Below are positions 15,619 to 26,167 of a DNA stretch of 63,059 nt, piece after piece. The position numbers were made by a program, and so were the translations under genes. The notes under the pieces were generated by a model. The model worked only from the letters and a program-made list of their open reading frames with translations. It had not been told where the DNA came from and searched no databases. This DNA is from Patescibacteria group bacterium UBA1875 (GTDB taxonomy: Bacteria > Patescibacteriota > CPR2 > UBA1875), in assembly GCA_002338125.1 (NCBI GenBank), contig DDHN01000008.1, forward strand, positions 113,094 to 176,152, read 5' to 3'. Positions within the stretch are counted from its first letter, which is position 1, and every line of letters starts with the position of its first letter.

Positions 15619-18126
15619 TTGTTGAATCAATTTGATAGATTCTCAGAAAATGCCAAATTAACCCTAGTAAACGCTCAAGAGCTAGCTCGAGCCGGGGGTT
15701 CCCCAGTGGTGGACACGGACCACATTCTTCTTGGTATGTTACTAACGAAGAATTCGGCTGCGGCTGATCTTTTGGAATCGGTTTCGCTTGACTTTGATAA
15801 AGCCAAGGCCGCTAGTGATGTAATATCTGGTTTAACCGGTGTAGTCAGGATAGGTGGCCTATCCTCTGATGCTCAGAGATTGCTTGAACTTTCAATGGGT
15901 ACTGCTAGCCAGTTTGCTTCACCGTACGTTGGCACCGAGCATATGCTATATGCCATTTTACTTCTTTCAGATTCAAAGGCCGGCAAAATTTTAATTGATA
16001 GCAAAGTTGATTTTGATTATTTGAGAAATGAGCTAGAACAAATATTCAAAAACCCGCAAGAAGAAATAGCCTCACCGACTTCTTTGCCGACTGAGCTAGG
16101 AGGATTCTCTTCCGTTGGCCCAAAGACCTCTAATTCGAAATCAAAAACCCCAGTACTAGATGGTTTTGCGACTGATCTTACTAAAATGGCTAGGGATGGA
16201 AAGCTTGACCCGGTAATTGGTCGAGAGGCAGAAATATCTCGAGTAGTCTCTATCCTAAATCGAAGAACGAAAAATAATCCGGTTCTGATCGGAGAACCAG
16301 GAGTAGGAAAAACTGCTATTATAGAAGGTCTTGCTCAGGAGATTGCTGATGAAACGGTTCCGGAAATATTATTGACCAAAAAAATAATGATGCTTGATCT
16401 AGCTTCGGTAATTGCAGGAACAAAATATAGAGGTGAATTTGAAGATCGTTTAAAGAGGATTATCAAAGAACTGAAAGAAAATGATGACATTATAATTTTT
16501 ATTGATGAGTTACATACAATAGTTGGAGCCGGTGCTGCGGAGGGAGCTATTGATGCAGCCAATATTTTCAAACCGGCTCTTTCTCGTGGTGAAGTTCAAG
16601 TTATTGGGGCAACAACACTTGATGAATATCGAAAATACATCGAAAAAGATTCTGCTCTTGAAAGACGACTTCAACCAGTGATAGTTTCGGAGCCCGGCAT
16701 TGATGAAACCATCAGAGTATTGAAGGGGATTGCTCCAAAGTATGAAGAGTACCATAACGTACGGATAACACCAGCTGCGATAGAAGCTGCTGCTAAGCTT
16801 TCTAAGCGCTATATCCCTGATCGGTTTTTACCGGACAAGGCAATTGACCTTCTTGACGAAGCGGCATCACTTCTTAAAGTTTCTAAGGGGGTTGTTTCTA
16901 AGGAAGTCCGCAATCTTGAAAAAAATTTAAGAGAAGTTCGTAATCTTAAAGAAAATGCTGTTTTAGAGCAAGAGTATGCCAAGGCAGCTGAATTTAAGCA
17001 GCAAGAGGAGATACTCGATAAGGAGTTGGAGAAAGTTCGTAGAAAAGAAGGACTTAATGGGAATGGTCTTAAAATAAATGAGGAAAATATTGCTCAGGTT
17101 ATTTCTAGCTCAACCGGTATCCCCATAACAAGGCTTATAGAAAAAGAACAAGCCAGTTTACTTAATCTTGAAAAGAAGTTAAAGAAGAGGATTGTTGGTC
17201 AAGATGAAGCAATATCGGAACTTGCATCAGCAATTAGGCGGGCCAGAACAGGTATTTCTGATGAGAAAAGACCTATTGGGTCTTTTGTATTTCTTGGACC
17301 GACCGGGGTAGGTAAAACAGAGTTAGCCAAAGCTTTGGCAGAGCAAATGTTTGGAGACGAAGAGGCCATTATAAAAATTGATATGAGTGAATTTATGGAA
17401 AAACACAACGTTTCCAGACTAGTTGGGGCCCCAGCTGGTTATGTCGGTTATGAAGAGGGCGGTCAGTTAACAGAAAAAGTTCGTCGTAAGCCATATGCAG
17501 TAATTTTATTTGATGAGATAGAAAAAGCCCATTCAGACGTTTTTAATATGCTACTTCAAATATTGGAAGATGGCTATCTTACAGACGCCAAGGGCCGCAG
17601 AGTCGATTTTCGAAATACTGTTATTATCATGACATCAAATATTGGTTCAAGTGAGTTTTATAGTACTCGGGAGATTGGTTTTACCAAGGAAACTACAAAA
17701 AAAGCTGTAAAAGAAATGCAAAAAAATATCGAAGAGAAAGTAGGTTCTGAGCTTAAAAAGAAGTTTAAGCCAGAGTTCCTTAACCGAATAGATAAAATTA
17801 TAATTTTCAGAGCATTAACGAAAAATGATGTCAAAAAAATTGTTACCAAGGAGCTAGCTAAGGTTAGTAAAAGACTTTTATCTCAAGATATTAAAATTAG
17901 TGTCACTGAACAAGCTAAAAATTTATTAATCGATAAAGGTTATGATATCGAAAATGGAGCCAGACCTCTTCGTAGAGTCATCCAGAATATGATTGAAGAC
18001 CCTTTAGCTAATGGTATATTAACTGGTGAATTTACCTCAGGTGATAAAGTGGCAGTCTTAAAAGAAGGCGATAGTTTAAAGCTGGTAAATGAAAGTAGTA
18101 AAAAGAAAAAAGCAATAACGAATTAA
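15619..18126 (+). CDS. clpC: Class I Clp/Hsp100 AAA+ chaperone (ClpC-like)
   Basis: Clp_N repeats, two Walker A sites ([10 protein letters not shown] and [10 protein letters not shown]) and a short middle coiled coil. TTG start. Confidence 0.85.
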   Translation: MLNQFDRFSENAKLTLVNAQELARAGGSPVVDTDHILLGMLLTKNSAAADLLESVSLDFDKAKAASDVISGLTGVVRIGGLSSDAQRLLELSMGTASQFASPYVGTEHMLYAILLLSDSKAGKILIDSKVDFDYLRNELEQIFKNPQEEIASPTSLPTELGGFSSVGPKTSNSKSKTPVLDGFATDLTKMARDGKLDPVIGREAEISRVVSILNRRTKNNPVLIGEPGVGKTAIIEGLAQEIADETVPEILLTKKIMMLDLASVIAGTKYRGEFEDRLKRIIKELKENDDIIIFIDELHTIVGAGAAEGAIDAANIFKPALSRGEVQVIGATTLDEYRKYIEKDSALERRLQPVIVSEPGIDETIRVLKGIAPKYEEYHNVRITPAAIEAAAKLSKRYIPDRFLPDKAIDLLDEAASLLKVSKGVVSKEVRNLEKNLREVRNLKENAVLEQEYAKAAEFKQQEEILDKELEKVRRKEGLNGNGLKINEENIAQVISSSTGIPITRLIEKEQASLLNLEKKLKKRIVGQDEAISELASAIRRARTGISDEKRPIGSFVFLGPTGVGKTELAKALAEQMFGDEEAIIKIDMSEFMEKHNVSRLVGAPAGYVGYEEGGQLTEKVRRKPYAVILFDEIEKAHSDVFNMLLQILEDGYLTDAKGRRVDFRNTVIIMTSNIGSSEFYSTREIGFTKETTKKAVKEMQKNIEEKVGSELKKKFKPEFLNRIDKIIIFRALTKNDVKKIVTKELAKVSKRLLSQDIKISVTEQAKNLLIDKGYDIENGARPLRRVIQNMIEDPLANGILTGEFTSGDKVAVLKEGDSLKLVNESSKKKKAITN

Positions 18127-18170
18127 TCTGTCTACTTGTTTTCTGATTCTTTTTATCTAATACTTTAAGC

Positions 18171-19511
18171 ATGGGAAAATTAAAAACATCTTATATATGT
18201 CAAAATTGTGGTGCCGTTTACCCTCGTTGGATGGGGCGCTGTGAATCCTGTAGGAATTGGAACACTTTAATAGAGGAGATTATCGAGGCTAAAAAAGGAG
18301 CCGTGAAAGCTAAGGCGACCAAGGTTACTGACTTGGCTGATAAAGGCAATGATGATAACTTACAAAGATTATTATCAGGTATTTCTGAGGTTGACCAAGT
18401 CTTAGGAGGGGGAATTGTCCCTGGCTCCTTAATCCTTATAGGCGGTGATCCAGGGATTGGCAAGTCTACTCTTGTTCTTGAGCTTTCTTCAAAGATCAAG
18501 GATACGCTATATATTTCAGGTGAGGAGTCCGAGTCTCAGGTCAGAATGAGAGCGGAAAGATTAAAAATTAAAGAAGGGGTAGCCCTACTCTCTGAAAATA
18601 ATATCGAAACTATCATCGCTACTATTGAAGCCGAAAAACCAAAACTGGTTGTTATTGATTCTATCCAAACTGTTTATTCGTCGGATATAGAAGGTGCCCC
18701 CGGTAATGTCAGCCAGCTCTCTCTTTGTGCCAGTAAGCTTATGAATTTAGCCAAAGAAAATCACATAGCGGTAATCATAATCGGTCATGTTACAAAACAA
18801 GGCAATATTGCTGGGCCCAGAGTGTTGGAGCATCTTGTAGATGTTGTTCTATACATAGAAGGTGATCGTTTTGGCTCCTTTCGAATCCTCAGAGGAGTGA
18901 AAAATCGATTTGGCTCAACGAACGAAGTTGGTATTTTTGAGATGACAAAGGAAGGCCTCAAACCAGTAAAAAACCCTTCGCAATTGATGATTGGGGAGCG
19001 AGCGAAAAATTCTCCGGGTTCGGTAATATTTCCAGCCATGGAGGGCACCAGATCGTTGTTATGTGAAATCCAGGCTCTTACTAGTTCAACTGCTTTTGGT
19101 TATCCTAAAAGAACTTCAAGTGGTTTTGACCTAAATAGGCTTTCACTCCTTACGGCTGTATTACAAAAACGTTGTGGACTTAATCTTTCAACCCAAGATA
19201 TTTATCTAAATATTGCCGGAGGTATAAAGATAAACGAACCGGCGGCAGACCTAGCGGTTTGTTTAGCGATTGCTTCGGTTTATAAAAACAGAGAATTTAA
19301 GGAAGATACTGTTTTGTTTGGAGAAATTGGTCTTGCAGGAGAAGTTCGTTCGGTGAATAATGTAGACAAGAGACTTATGGAGGCTCAAAAGCTTGGTTTC
19401 AAAAAGGCTATAATCCCCAAGTCTCGGGTAAAAGCCGAAGGCTCGAAGGCAATCGGCATTAATATAGTACAAGTCGCTTCTATCAAAGAAGCAATCAACA
19501 AAGCACTTTAA
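18171..19511 (+). CDS. radA: DNA repair protein RadA/Sms
   Basis: N-terminal zinc finger (CQNCGAVYPRWMGRCESC), Walker A GGDPGIGKST, the KNRFG motif and a Lon-like C-terminal domain. Confidence 0.9.
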   Translation: MGKLKTSYICQNCGAVYPRWMGRCESCRNWNTLIEEIIEAKKGAVKAKATKVTDLADKGNDDNLQRLLSGISEVDQVLGGGIVPGSLILIGGDPGIGKSTLVLELSSKIKDTLYISGEESESQVRMRAERLKIKEGVALLSENNIETIIATIEAEKPKLVVIDSIQTVYSSDIEGAPGNVSQLSLCASKLMNLAKENHIAVIIIGHVTKQGNIAGPRVLEHLVDVVLYIEGDRFGSFRILRGVKNRFGSTNEVGIFEMTKEGLKPVKNPSQLMIGERAKNSPGSVIFPAMEGTRSLLCEIQALTSSTAFGYPKRTSSGFDLNRLSLLTAVLQKRCGLNLSTQDIYLNIAGGIKINEPAADLAVCLAIASVYKNREFKEDTVLFGEIGLAGEVRSVNNVDKRLMEAQKLGFKKAIIPKSRVKAEGSKAIGINIVQVASIKEAINKAL

Positions 19512-19533
19512 CATTAATCGAGGGGGAGTAATT

Positions 19534-20487
19534 ATGGAAAGCACTTATCTTATCTTAGCAATTATCACCGTGTCGATTATCATTATTATGATTGTCATCG
19601 GCAGCAAAATATCGAAACTAAAAGCCAATATATTTTTTATTGGTGTTTTTGCGACAGTTATTGGGCTTCTGGTGGGTTCTCTGGCTTATCTACCGCTTTC
19701 AAAATTGCCGGGGATATATGGTATCTTTTTACCAGTAATCTTTTATGTTGTGATGGTTTCTGGCTCTATTTGGATATTTCTTTCAAAAAGACCAGTTATA
19801 GAACAGACCTTTGACACTGTCAGTAAGGTCGTGAATACGATTATCAGTTTGAAGCCCCAACTGCAAGGTATGACAAAATATCGAGAGAAGGAAATTCTCG
19901 TTGATACTTCTGTTTTAATCGATGGTAGGGTAGTTGATATAGCTGCAACAGGCTTTATCCCAGGTCGATTAATAGTCCCTAAATTTGTGCTTTCCGAGCT
20001 TCAAAATATTGCTGATTCTGATGATGATTTAAGGAGAGCGAAAGGCCGCCGTGGGCTCGAAGCCTTAGAAACTCTTAAAAAGGAACATCAGCTTAAAGTC
20101 GAACCAACGCCAGACTTCTTGAAAACAAGTAAGGACCCGGTTGATGAGCAGCTAGTTAAGATGGCAAAAGACAGAAAGTCTATCGTTGTAACTAATGATT
20201 TTAATTTAAATAAAGTTGCTAAGGTTGAAGGAGTAACAGTTTTAAATATCAACGAACTTTCTCAAGCCATTAGGCCAGTTCTTATCCCTGGCGAAGAAAT
20301 GGAATTAAAGATAATTCAAGCAGGGAGAGAAAAAAATCAAGGAGTAGCTTATCTTTCTGACGGAACAATGATAGTGGTAGAAAATGGTGATAAGCTAATA
20401 GGGAAAAAGGTAAGGGTTGAAATCAAAAGGGTACTTCAAACCGCTGCTGGTAAGATGTTTTTCGCTACTTTAAAAAACGGCAAATAA
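19534..20487 (+). CDS. Membrane-anchored PIN/TRAM domain protein (YacL-like)
   Basis: N-terminal TM helices, a PIN-like core (VDTSVLIDGRV...VVTNDFNL) and a C-terminal TRAM-like beta domain. It follows radA, as in Firmicutes. Confidence 0.7.
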   Translation: MESTYLILAIITVSIIIIMIVIGSKISKLKANIFFIGVFATVIGLLVGSLAYLPLSKLPGIYGIFLPVIFYVVMVSGSIWIFLSKRPVIEQTFDTVSKVVNTIISLKPQLQGMTKYREKEILVDTSVLIDGRVVDIAATGFIPGRLIVPKFVLSELQNIADSDDDLRRAKGRRGLEALETLKKEHQLKVEPTPDFLKTSKDPVDEQLVKMAKDRKSIVVTNDFNLNKVAKVEGVTVLNINELSQAIRPVLIPGEEMELKIIQAGREKNQGVAYLSDGTMIVVENGDKLIGKKVRVEIKRVLQTAAGKMFFATLKNGK

Positions 20488-20488
20488 A

Positions 20489-21067
20489 ATGAACCAGGAT
20501 TTTTACAACCGCAAACCAGAAATAGTTGCCAGGGAACTTCTGGGGAAACTTTTGATAAGAAATATTGGTAAAAAAATTTTGGTGGGCAAAATTGTTGAAA
20601 CAGAGGCTTATCTTTCTAAAAACGATAGTGCTTGTCATGCCTCAAAAGGTAAGACAAATAGAAATAAAGCGATGTTTTTACCGGCGGGGCATATTTATGT
20701 ATATTTAATCTACGGCATTCATCATTGTCTAAATATAGTTACCGAAAAAGAGTCTGTGCCCTCAGCAGTCCTTATAAGAGCAATAGAGCCATTATTGCCA
20801 ATGGCTGATAAGAAGACAGTATCTGGTCCTGGGCGATTAACCAAATGGATGAAAATTGATAAGAATTTGAATGGAGAATACATGATAGATTCTCCTAATC
20901 TTTATATCGATGACAAAATTGTGATTTGTGGTAACACTATAACGGCCGAAAGAGTGACTGCAAGGTCAATTATAATCACAAAAAGAATCGGAGTTGAAAA
21001 TTGCCAGGATAGAGACAAGCTATTGCGTTTCTATATTAAAGATAACCAATTTATTTCAAAGATTTAA
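20489..21067 (+). CDS. DNA-3-methyladenine glycosylase (Mpg/AAG family)
   Basis: FYNRKPEIVARELLGK...IVETEAYL...DSACHA...GHIYVYLIYGIHHCLN is typical of the MPG family. Confidence 0.8.
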   Translation: MNQDFYNRKPEIVARELLGKLLIRNIGKKILVGKIVETEAYLSKNDSACHASKGKTNRNKAMFLPAGHIYVYLIYGIHHCLNIVTEKESVPSAVLIRAIEPLLPMADKKTVSGPGRLTKWMKIDKNLNGEYMIDSPNLYIDDKIVICGNTITAERVTARSIIITKRIGVENCQDRDKLLRFYIKDNQFISKI

Positions 21068-21767
21068 TAAATTTTTTGAATCTTTTTTCGGCTTTTTCAA
21101 CTAGGGTTGTGATTCTTTTCTCACTCAAAATTCCGGCAACCCCCATCAAGCCAATTAAAAGCATAGGGATAATCAATCTATTTAAATTTCCAAACGAGAT
21201 AGCTTCTCCAAAATAGCTAATATTGGCGTTTTGGACTGATCTACCAATAGCAGAAAGAATCACTATTAAGATGATAGGTATTTTGGTGAGCCCAACAACA
21301 TAACAAAGTAAATCATCTGGCAGACCTGGTGTCAGAAAAGCCAGGAACAAAAAAACAGGTCCCTTATTTTCAAAAAAAATATCCCATTTTGCCAGTTTCT
21401 TTTTAGAAATTACTTTTTCAACTAACGGACGGCCGTATTTCCTAGAAAGATAGGCAACAATAAAAGTTCCAATGTTGATACCGATAAATGTGTATAGAAA
21501 TCCACCCCAAAAGCCGTATTGATAACTACCAATAATAACCGGTAAGTAGCCAGGAATTGGCCAAATTATTACCTGAAAAATACAAAAAAATATTAAGGCT
21601 ATTGGTCCCCAAATACCAAAACTTTGAATATAATTTCTGATTTTTTCAGCATCTGTAAAAATTGTCCTTACTTCCGGCCAGAAGAAAACTGTCAAAAAAA
21701 CGATAAATAGCAAAAAGACAATCTGGGCAATTGTCTTTTTGGTCAGTTTAATTTTCAATACTTTCAT
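21051..21767 (-). CDS. TVP38/TMEM64 (DedA-related) family membrane protein
   Basis: Polytopic membrane protein containing LTPGLPDDLLCYVVGLTKI. It lies immediately downstream of the PBP gene. Confidence 0.7.
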   Translation of the reverse strand: MKVLKIKLTKKTIAQIVFLLFIVFLTVFFWPEVRTIFTDAEKIRNYIQSFGIWGPIALIFFCIFQVIIWPIPGYLPVIIGSYQYGFWGGFLYTFIGINIGTFIVAYLSRKYGRPLVEKVISKKKLAKWDIFFENKGPVFLFLAFLTPGLPDDLLCYVVGLTKIPIILIVILSAIGRSVQNANISYFGEAISFGNLNRLIIPMLLIGLMGVAGILSEKRITTLVEKAEKRFKKFIKSLK

Positions 21768-24413
21768 TTAAACTTTGCTGAAAATAAAGTTCGAAATGGT
21801 ATTTAAGGCTTCAGAAACAGAGGTAACATTGACACCTATGGTTTGCTCAGCTGTTTGGTAGGCATCGTCTTTAACAAAGGCTTTAATAGTTTTGTTACCA
21901 ATCGCAGCAAAATTTATGGTGGCCTCGTAAAAAGCACCATTTGGAGTTGGGGTGTATATCTTCCCATCAACTTCGATGTTAATGGATTTTAACCCCTTGG
22001 GGGTTGAGGCAGAAATAACAACAGTAAATGGACTTGAAATTTCTTGACTTTCGGTAGGAGACATTATCTCAATACTTGGTAAATCTTCCCCTGTATGTAA
22101 GTCACATTTTTCAGTAGGGATAGAGCCCATATCGGTGTTATATCCTTTTGATTTTGCCCAGGCTTGAACGGCGACATTCCACCTACCGTAAGATGGATCA
22201 TTAGGAGGGATTTCGGCTGTAATTGGTGAGTATATTTTAGTTTCGATAAGTTCCTCAGGACAATTCTCATTAGCTATTTTACCCGTAAGCTTATCAATTT
22301 TAACTTCTTGAGCCTGTCCGTAAACATCAGGAGCTTTATACCAAGAAGGGAAGATATCAGTTCGTTTATTCTTTGTAGCTGAGGTTACTTTGCGTCCCGT
22401 GATAGCATCGATCGTGACCGTTTTTATACCAGAAGGTCGACTGAAATTTTCTTTTTGGAAATTTGGCAAAACTGTTGTCATGTAATCATCCCATATCGGA
22501 GCGGCTACGGCGTATCCACTACCATTTTTCATCGAACGGCCATCATTGTTCCCGCCCCAGACCACTGTTACTAGATTGGGGGTATATCCAGCAGTCCAAG
22601 CATCCTTAGAATCGTTTGTGGTACCGGTTTTGGCAGCTACCTCTCGACCAGGGACTGTTAAGAACTGACCTCCTCCAAAGGTATATGTTCTAGCTCGTGA
22701 GTCGGATAGGATATCGTTTATAAGATAGGCAACCTGTGGGTCGATGACTTGTTCGCCCTTACTGTCTTGATACTCTTCGAGTACTTCTCCGTTAGAGTCT
22801 TCAATCTTCAAGAACCAACTAGTTTCTTTTTTAACACCGTTGTTAGCAAAGACACTATATGCTTGTGCCATCTCAATTGGCTTTACTTCTCCAGCTCCGA
22901 GGACTAGCGATAATCCATATGCATCTCTATTGGTGAGGGTGGTGATACCCATTTCTTCAACATTTTTCAAAACGTTGTCCATACCAGCAATGTATAGTGC
23001 TTTAACGGCCGGGATATTCAAAGAATTGCCAAGAGCAAAACGGACTGATTGAGCTCCATTATATCGAAAATTATAATTATGAGGGACGTAGCCACCACCA
23101 AAGTCGGTTTTGACATCATAAAGAGTACTGCCTGGACCCCAATTTTCTTTTTCAAAAAGAGTTGCGTAAGCAAAGGGCTTAAAGGAAGAGCCGGGTTGTC
23201 TGGCTCTTGTAGTGACATTAACATTACCATCAATGTCTTGATCAAAAAAATCTTTTGAACCTACCATAGAAAGAATCTGACCTGTTTTAGGGTCAATAGA
23301 GATTAAGGCTGCATTAGATGCTCCATATCTTGTTAATCGACTTTCATTATCCTTAATAGCTTCAACTGCTTTTTTATACATATCATAATCAAGGGTAGTG
23401 TATACTTTCAGTCCCCCTTCATTAGCTCTTTGTTCGCCGTATTTATTGACCAGCTCTTGCTTAACATACATTACAAAATGAGGTGCTTCAATTGCCCCAT
23501 AAGGGTTGTTGGAGAAGACAATTTTTTTCTCTTTTGCTTTATCGGCTTCTTCTTGGGAGATAAAACCTTGGTCGGCCATTAATTGCAAGACAAGATCTTT
23601 TCTAGCAAGCAAAGCATCTTTGTTATCCCCGTATGGTGAAAAATAGGTTGGAGCTTGAGGTAGGGCTGCAAGGGTAGCTGCTTCTTCAAGAGTAAGCTCT
23701 TTTAAATCCTTATCAAAGAATGTTTTAGCGGCTACTTTTACTCCATAAGCGTTAGAGCCATAAGGTATTTCATTTAAATACATTTTAAGGATATTATCTT
23801 TTGAATACATAGCCTCAATTTCCATCGAAAGTATAAGCTCTTTAATCTTTCGGCCGAACGTTTGTTCCGGTGAAAGAAGGGCATTTTTTACGAATTGTTG
23901 GGTTATGGTTGATCCGCCTTGAAGATTAGCCCCAGTAGCTCTTTCAAAGATATTATAAAGAGCAGAGCGGACAATTCTTAATGGGGCGAAACCAACATGA
24001 TGGTAAAAATTTTTATCTTCAACAGCAACGGTAGCATTTTTTACATTCTCAGGTATCTCATCAAACTCTACTAATATTCGATTTTTATCACCATGCATTT
24101 CATAAAGTAGTTTTCCGTTACGGTCGAATATTTGGGTCGTTTGGGCGGCAAATCGAGAGTTAATTTTGTTTGGTGTTGGTAGATCTTTGGCGTACCAACC
24201 AAAAAGTCCGATTAAAATTCCAAGCATAATAACGGCAACGGTTCCTACTTTTTTTAGTCCTTCTTTTGTCGTAAAAAGATATTTTAGATATCCTTTAATA
24301 GCTTTGAGAGAAAACGAAGACGCAGAGAGCTTAAATCCCTTAGCTCTCCTAGCGCGGTGAACCTTCCTTGTTCGATTGTTGTATTTCAATGCCAATTTTA
24401 CTCCTAATTGCAT
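21768..24413 (-). CDS. Bifunctional class A penicillin-binding protein (glycosyltransferase/transpeptidase)
   Basis: GT51 motifs EDKNFYHHVGF and GGSTITQQ, and transpeptidase motifs SSFKP, SLN and KTGT. It also has an extra C-terminal beta-rich domain. Confidence 0.9.
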   Translation of the reverse strand: MQLGVKLALKYNNRTRKVHRARRAKGFKLSASSFSLKAIKGYLKYLFTTKEGLKKVGTVAVIMLGILIGLFGWYAKDLPTPNKINSRFAAQTTQIFDRNGKLLYEMHGDKNRILVEFDEIPENVKNATVAVEDKNFYHHVGFAPLRIVRSALYNIFERATGANLQGGSTITQQFVKNALLSPEQTFGRKIKELILSMEIEAMYSKDNILKMYLNEIPYGSNAYGVKVAAKTFFDKDLKELTLEEAATLAALPQAPTYFSPYGDNKDALLARKDLVLQLMADQGFISQEEADKAKEKKIVFSNNPYGAIEAPHFVMYVKQELVNKYGEQRANEGGLKVYTTLDYDMYKKAVEAIKDNESRLTRYGASNAALISIDPKTGQILSMVGSKDFFDQDIDGNVNVTTRARQPGSSFKPFAYATLFEKENWGPGSTLYDVKTDFGGGYVPHNYNFRYNGAQSVRFALGNSLNIPAVKALYIAGMDNVLKNVEEMGITTLTNRDAYGLSLVLGAGEVKPIEMAQAYSVFANNGVKKETSWFLKIEDSNGEVLEEYQDSKGEQVIDPQVAYLINDILSDSRARTYTFGGGQFLTVPGREVAAKTGTTNDSKDAWTAGYTPNLVTVVWGGNNDGRSMKNGSGYAVAAPIWDDYMTTVLPNFQKENFSRPSGIKTVTIDAITGRKVTSATKNKRTDIFPSWYKAPDVYGQAQEVKIDKLTGKIANENCPEELIETKIYSPITAEIPPNDPSYGRWNVAVQAWAKSKGYNTDMGSIPTEKCDLHTGEDLPSIEIMSPTESQEISSPFTVVISASTPKGLKSINIEVDGKIYTPTPNGAFYEATINFAAIGNKTIKAFVKDDAYQTAEQTIGVNVTSVSEALNTISNFIFSKV

Positions 24414-24498
24414 CCCTAAATTCCTGGGATAGCGCTTGTTGAATTATACCGAAAAACCCCTATAATGTAAAGGCAGGAAAGCTAATCAAAAGGATAAT

Positions 24499-25668
24499 AT
24501 GAAGCAGCAAAACAAGATAAGTGAGATTTTGAGTCGTGGTGTTACTAACGTTATCGATAAGAAAAACTTGGAAAAAACTTTAAAATCTGGGGAAAAACTA
24601 AGGATTAAATTTGGGATTGACCCTACTGGCCCACAAGTCCATATTGGGCATGCGGTAACCTTGTGGAAGTTACGACAATTTCAAGATGCTGGGCATAAAA
24701 TCGTTTTAATAATAGGGGACTTTACAGCTCAGATAGGTGATCCTTCTGATAAAGAAGCCGAACGGCAGCCACTAACAAAGAAGGAAATAGAGGCTAACAA
24801 GAAAAGCTACTTAGATCAAATTGGTAAAATATTAAACCTTAAAAAAGCCGAAATTCATCATAATTCTGATTGGCATGCCAAGGCAAGCAAACAGGATTTA
24901 ATTGAAGAGGCAATGAATTTTACTGTCAATCAGATGGTCCAAAGAGATAATTTTGAAAAAAGGCTTAAAGATGATAAGCCGGTAGGTTTACATGAATTTT
25001 TGTATCCATTGCTTCAAGGTATGGATTCGGTTGCTATTAAAGCTGATGTTGAGCTTGGTGGTAACGACCAATACTTTAATTTACTTGCCGGACGGACTTT
25101 GCAGAAAAAATATGGCCAAAAACCCCAAGATATTTTAACTTTTGATCTTTTAGAAGGTACAGATGGTCGAAAGATGAGCAAAACATACCAAAATGCTATC
25201 TATCTTCTAGATAGTCCTAGCGAAAAATATGGTAAAGTAATGTCGATTAGAGATGAATTAATAGAGAGATATTTTACCCTAGCTACTGATCTCCCAAAAA
25301 ACGAAATCGAAAAAATTATTGAAAAAGGTCCAAGAAATGCCAAAGGTATTTTAGCTTTTGAGATTGTTAAAAGATATCATGGTAGCAAAGAAGCTAGCGC
25401 TGCTGAAAAAGATTTCGAAAAAAAGTTTGTCAAAAAGGAAATACCCGAAAAGATAGAGGCAATCAAACTTCCATACATCACTAGGCCCTTAGCTGATATT
25501 ATTGTTGAAGCTGGTTTATCAGGTTCGAAGTCTGATGCAAGGAGACTAATAGAACAAGGAGGCGTGAAAGTAGATGGAGCTATTATCGGCGACCGGATGG
25601 CTTTAGTAGAGCCAAACAAAGGAATGATTATTCAAGTTGGAAAGCGAAAGTTCATAAAGGTAAGGTAG
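24499..25668 (+). CDS. tyrS: Tyrosyl-tRNA synthetase
   Basis: HIGH motif (VHIGHA), KMSKT, and a C-terminal S4-like domain (SKSDARRLIEQGGVKVDG). Confidence 0.85.
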   Translation: MKQQNKISEILSRGVTNVIDKKNLEKTLKSGEKLRIKFGIDPTGPQVHIGHAVTLWKLRQFQDAGHKIVLIIGDFTAQIGDPSDKEAERQPLTKKEIEANKKSYLDQIGKILNLKKAEIHHNSDWHAKASKQDLIEEAMNFTVNQMVQRDNFEKRLKDDKPVGLHEFLYPLLQGMDSVAIKADVELGGNDQYFNLLAGRTLQKKYGQKPQDILTFDLLEGTDGRKMSKTYQNAIYLLDSPSEKYGKVMSIRDELIERYFTLATDLPKNEIEKIIEKGPRNAKGILAFEIVKRYHGSKEASAAEKDFEKKFVKKEIPEKIEAIKLPYITRPLADIIVEAGLSGSKSDARRLIEQGGVKVDGAIIGDRMALVEPNKGMIIQVGKRKFIKVR

Positions 25669-25675
25669 TGTACTC

Positions 25676-26125
25676 ATGAAGAGATGGATTGTTCTGGTTG
25701 TAATGGTTTTTGTTATTGCTATTGGTTCTTTTATTCTTGGTTTATATATACCAGAGGAGAAGACTAGTAGCATTGTTTCTATTAAGTCTTGTGATATAAA
25801 TCAAGACAGTGTGCTTCGTGAGATAAACAATCTTCGTGATAAAGATGTTGTGGTTGCCGGAGATATTACCGAATTTGCTCAACAAAGGGCTATTGAAGTA
25901 TCTAGCAATTTTTCCCACGATGGTTTTGATGGGTCAGCTGATAGGCTTGGCTATAAACTAACCGGAGAGAACCTTGCTACTGGGTATTGCTACACCGAAG
26001 AACTGATTAACTCTTGGCTTAATTCTCCTACTCACAAGGAAGTAATGCTCGATTCAAGGTACGATTATATCGGTATAGAGTTTTACAAGAATGTTGTAGT
26101 CACTATTTATGGGGATAGTCAATAA
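25676..26125 (+). CDS. Secreted/anchored CAP (SCP/PR1-like, YkwD-like) domain protein
   Basis: N-terminal TM/signal segment, followed by CAP domain signatures (GENLA...W..SPTHKEVMLDSRYDYIGI). Confidence 0.7.
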   Translation: MKRWIVLVVMVFVIAIGSFILGLYIPEEKTSSIVSIKSCDINQDSVLREINNLRDKDVVVAGDITEFAQQRAIEVSSNFSHDGFDGSADRLGYKLTGENLATGYCYTEELINSWLNSPTHKEVMLDSRYDYIGIEFYKNVVVTIYGDSQ

Positions 26126-26167
26126 TAGCTAATTTAAAAACGAATTCTTTTACCATATAATAAGAAC

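Noticed and set aside
24414-24498. T-box riboswitch upstream of tyrS
   Set aside because: The intergenic region is only 85 nt and is shared with the divergent PBP gene. That is too short for a T-box, and no T-box consensus is visible.
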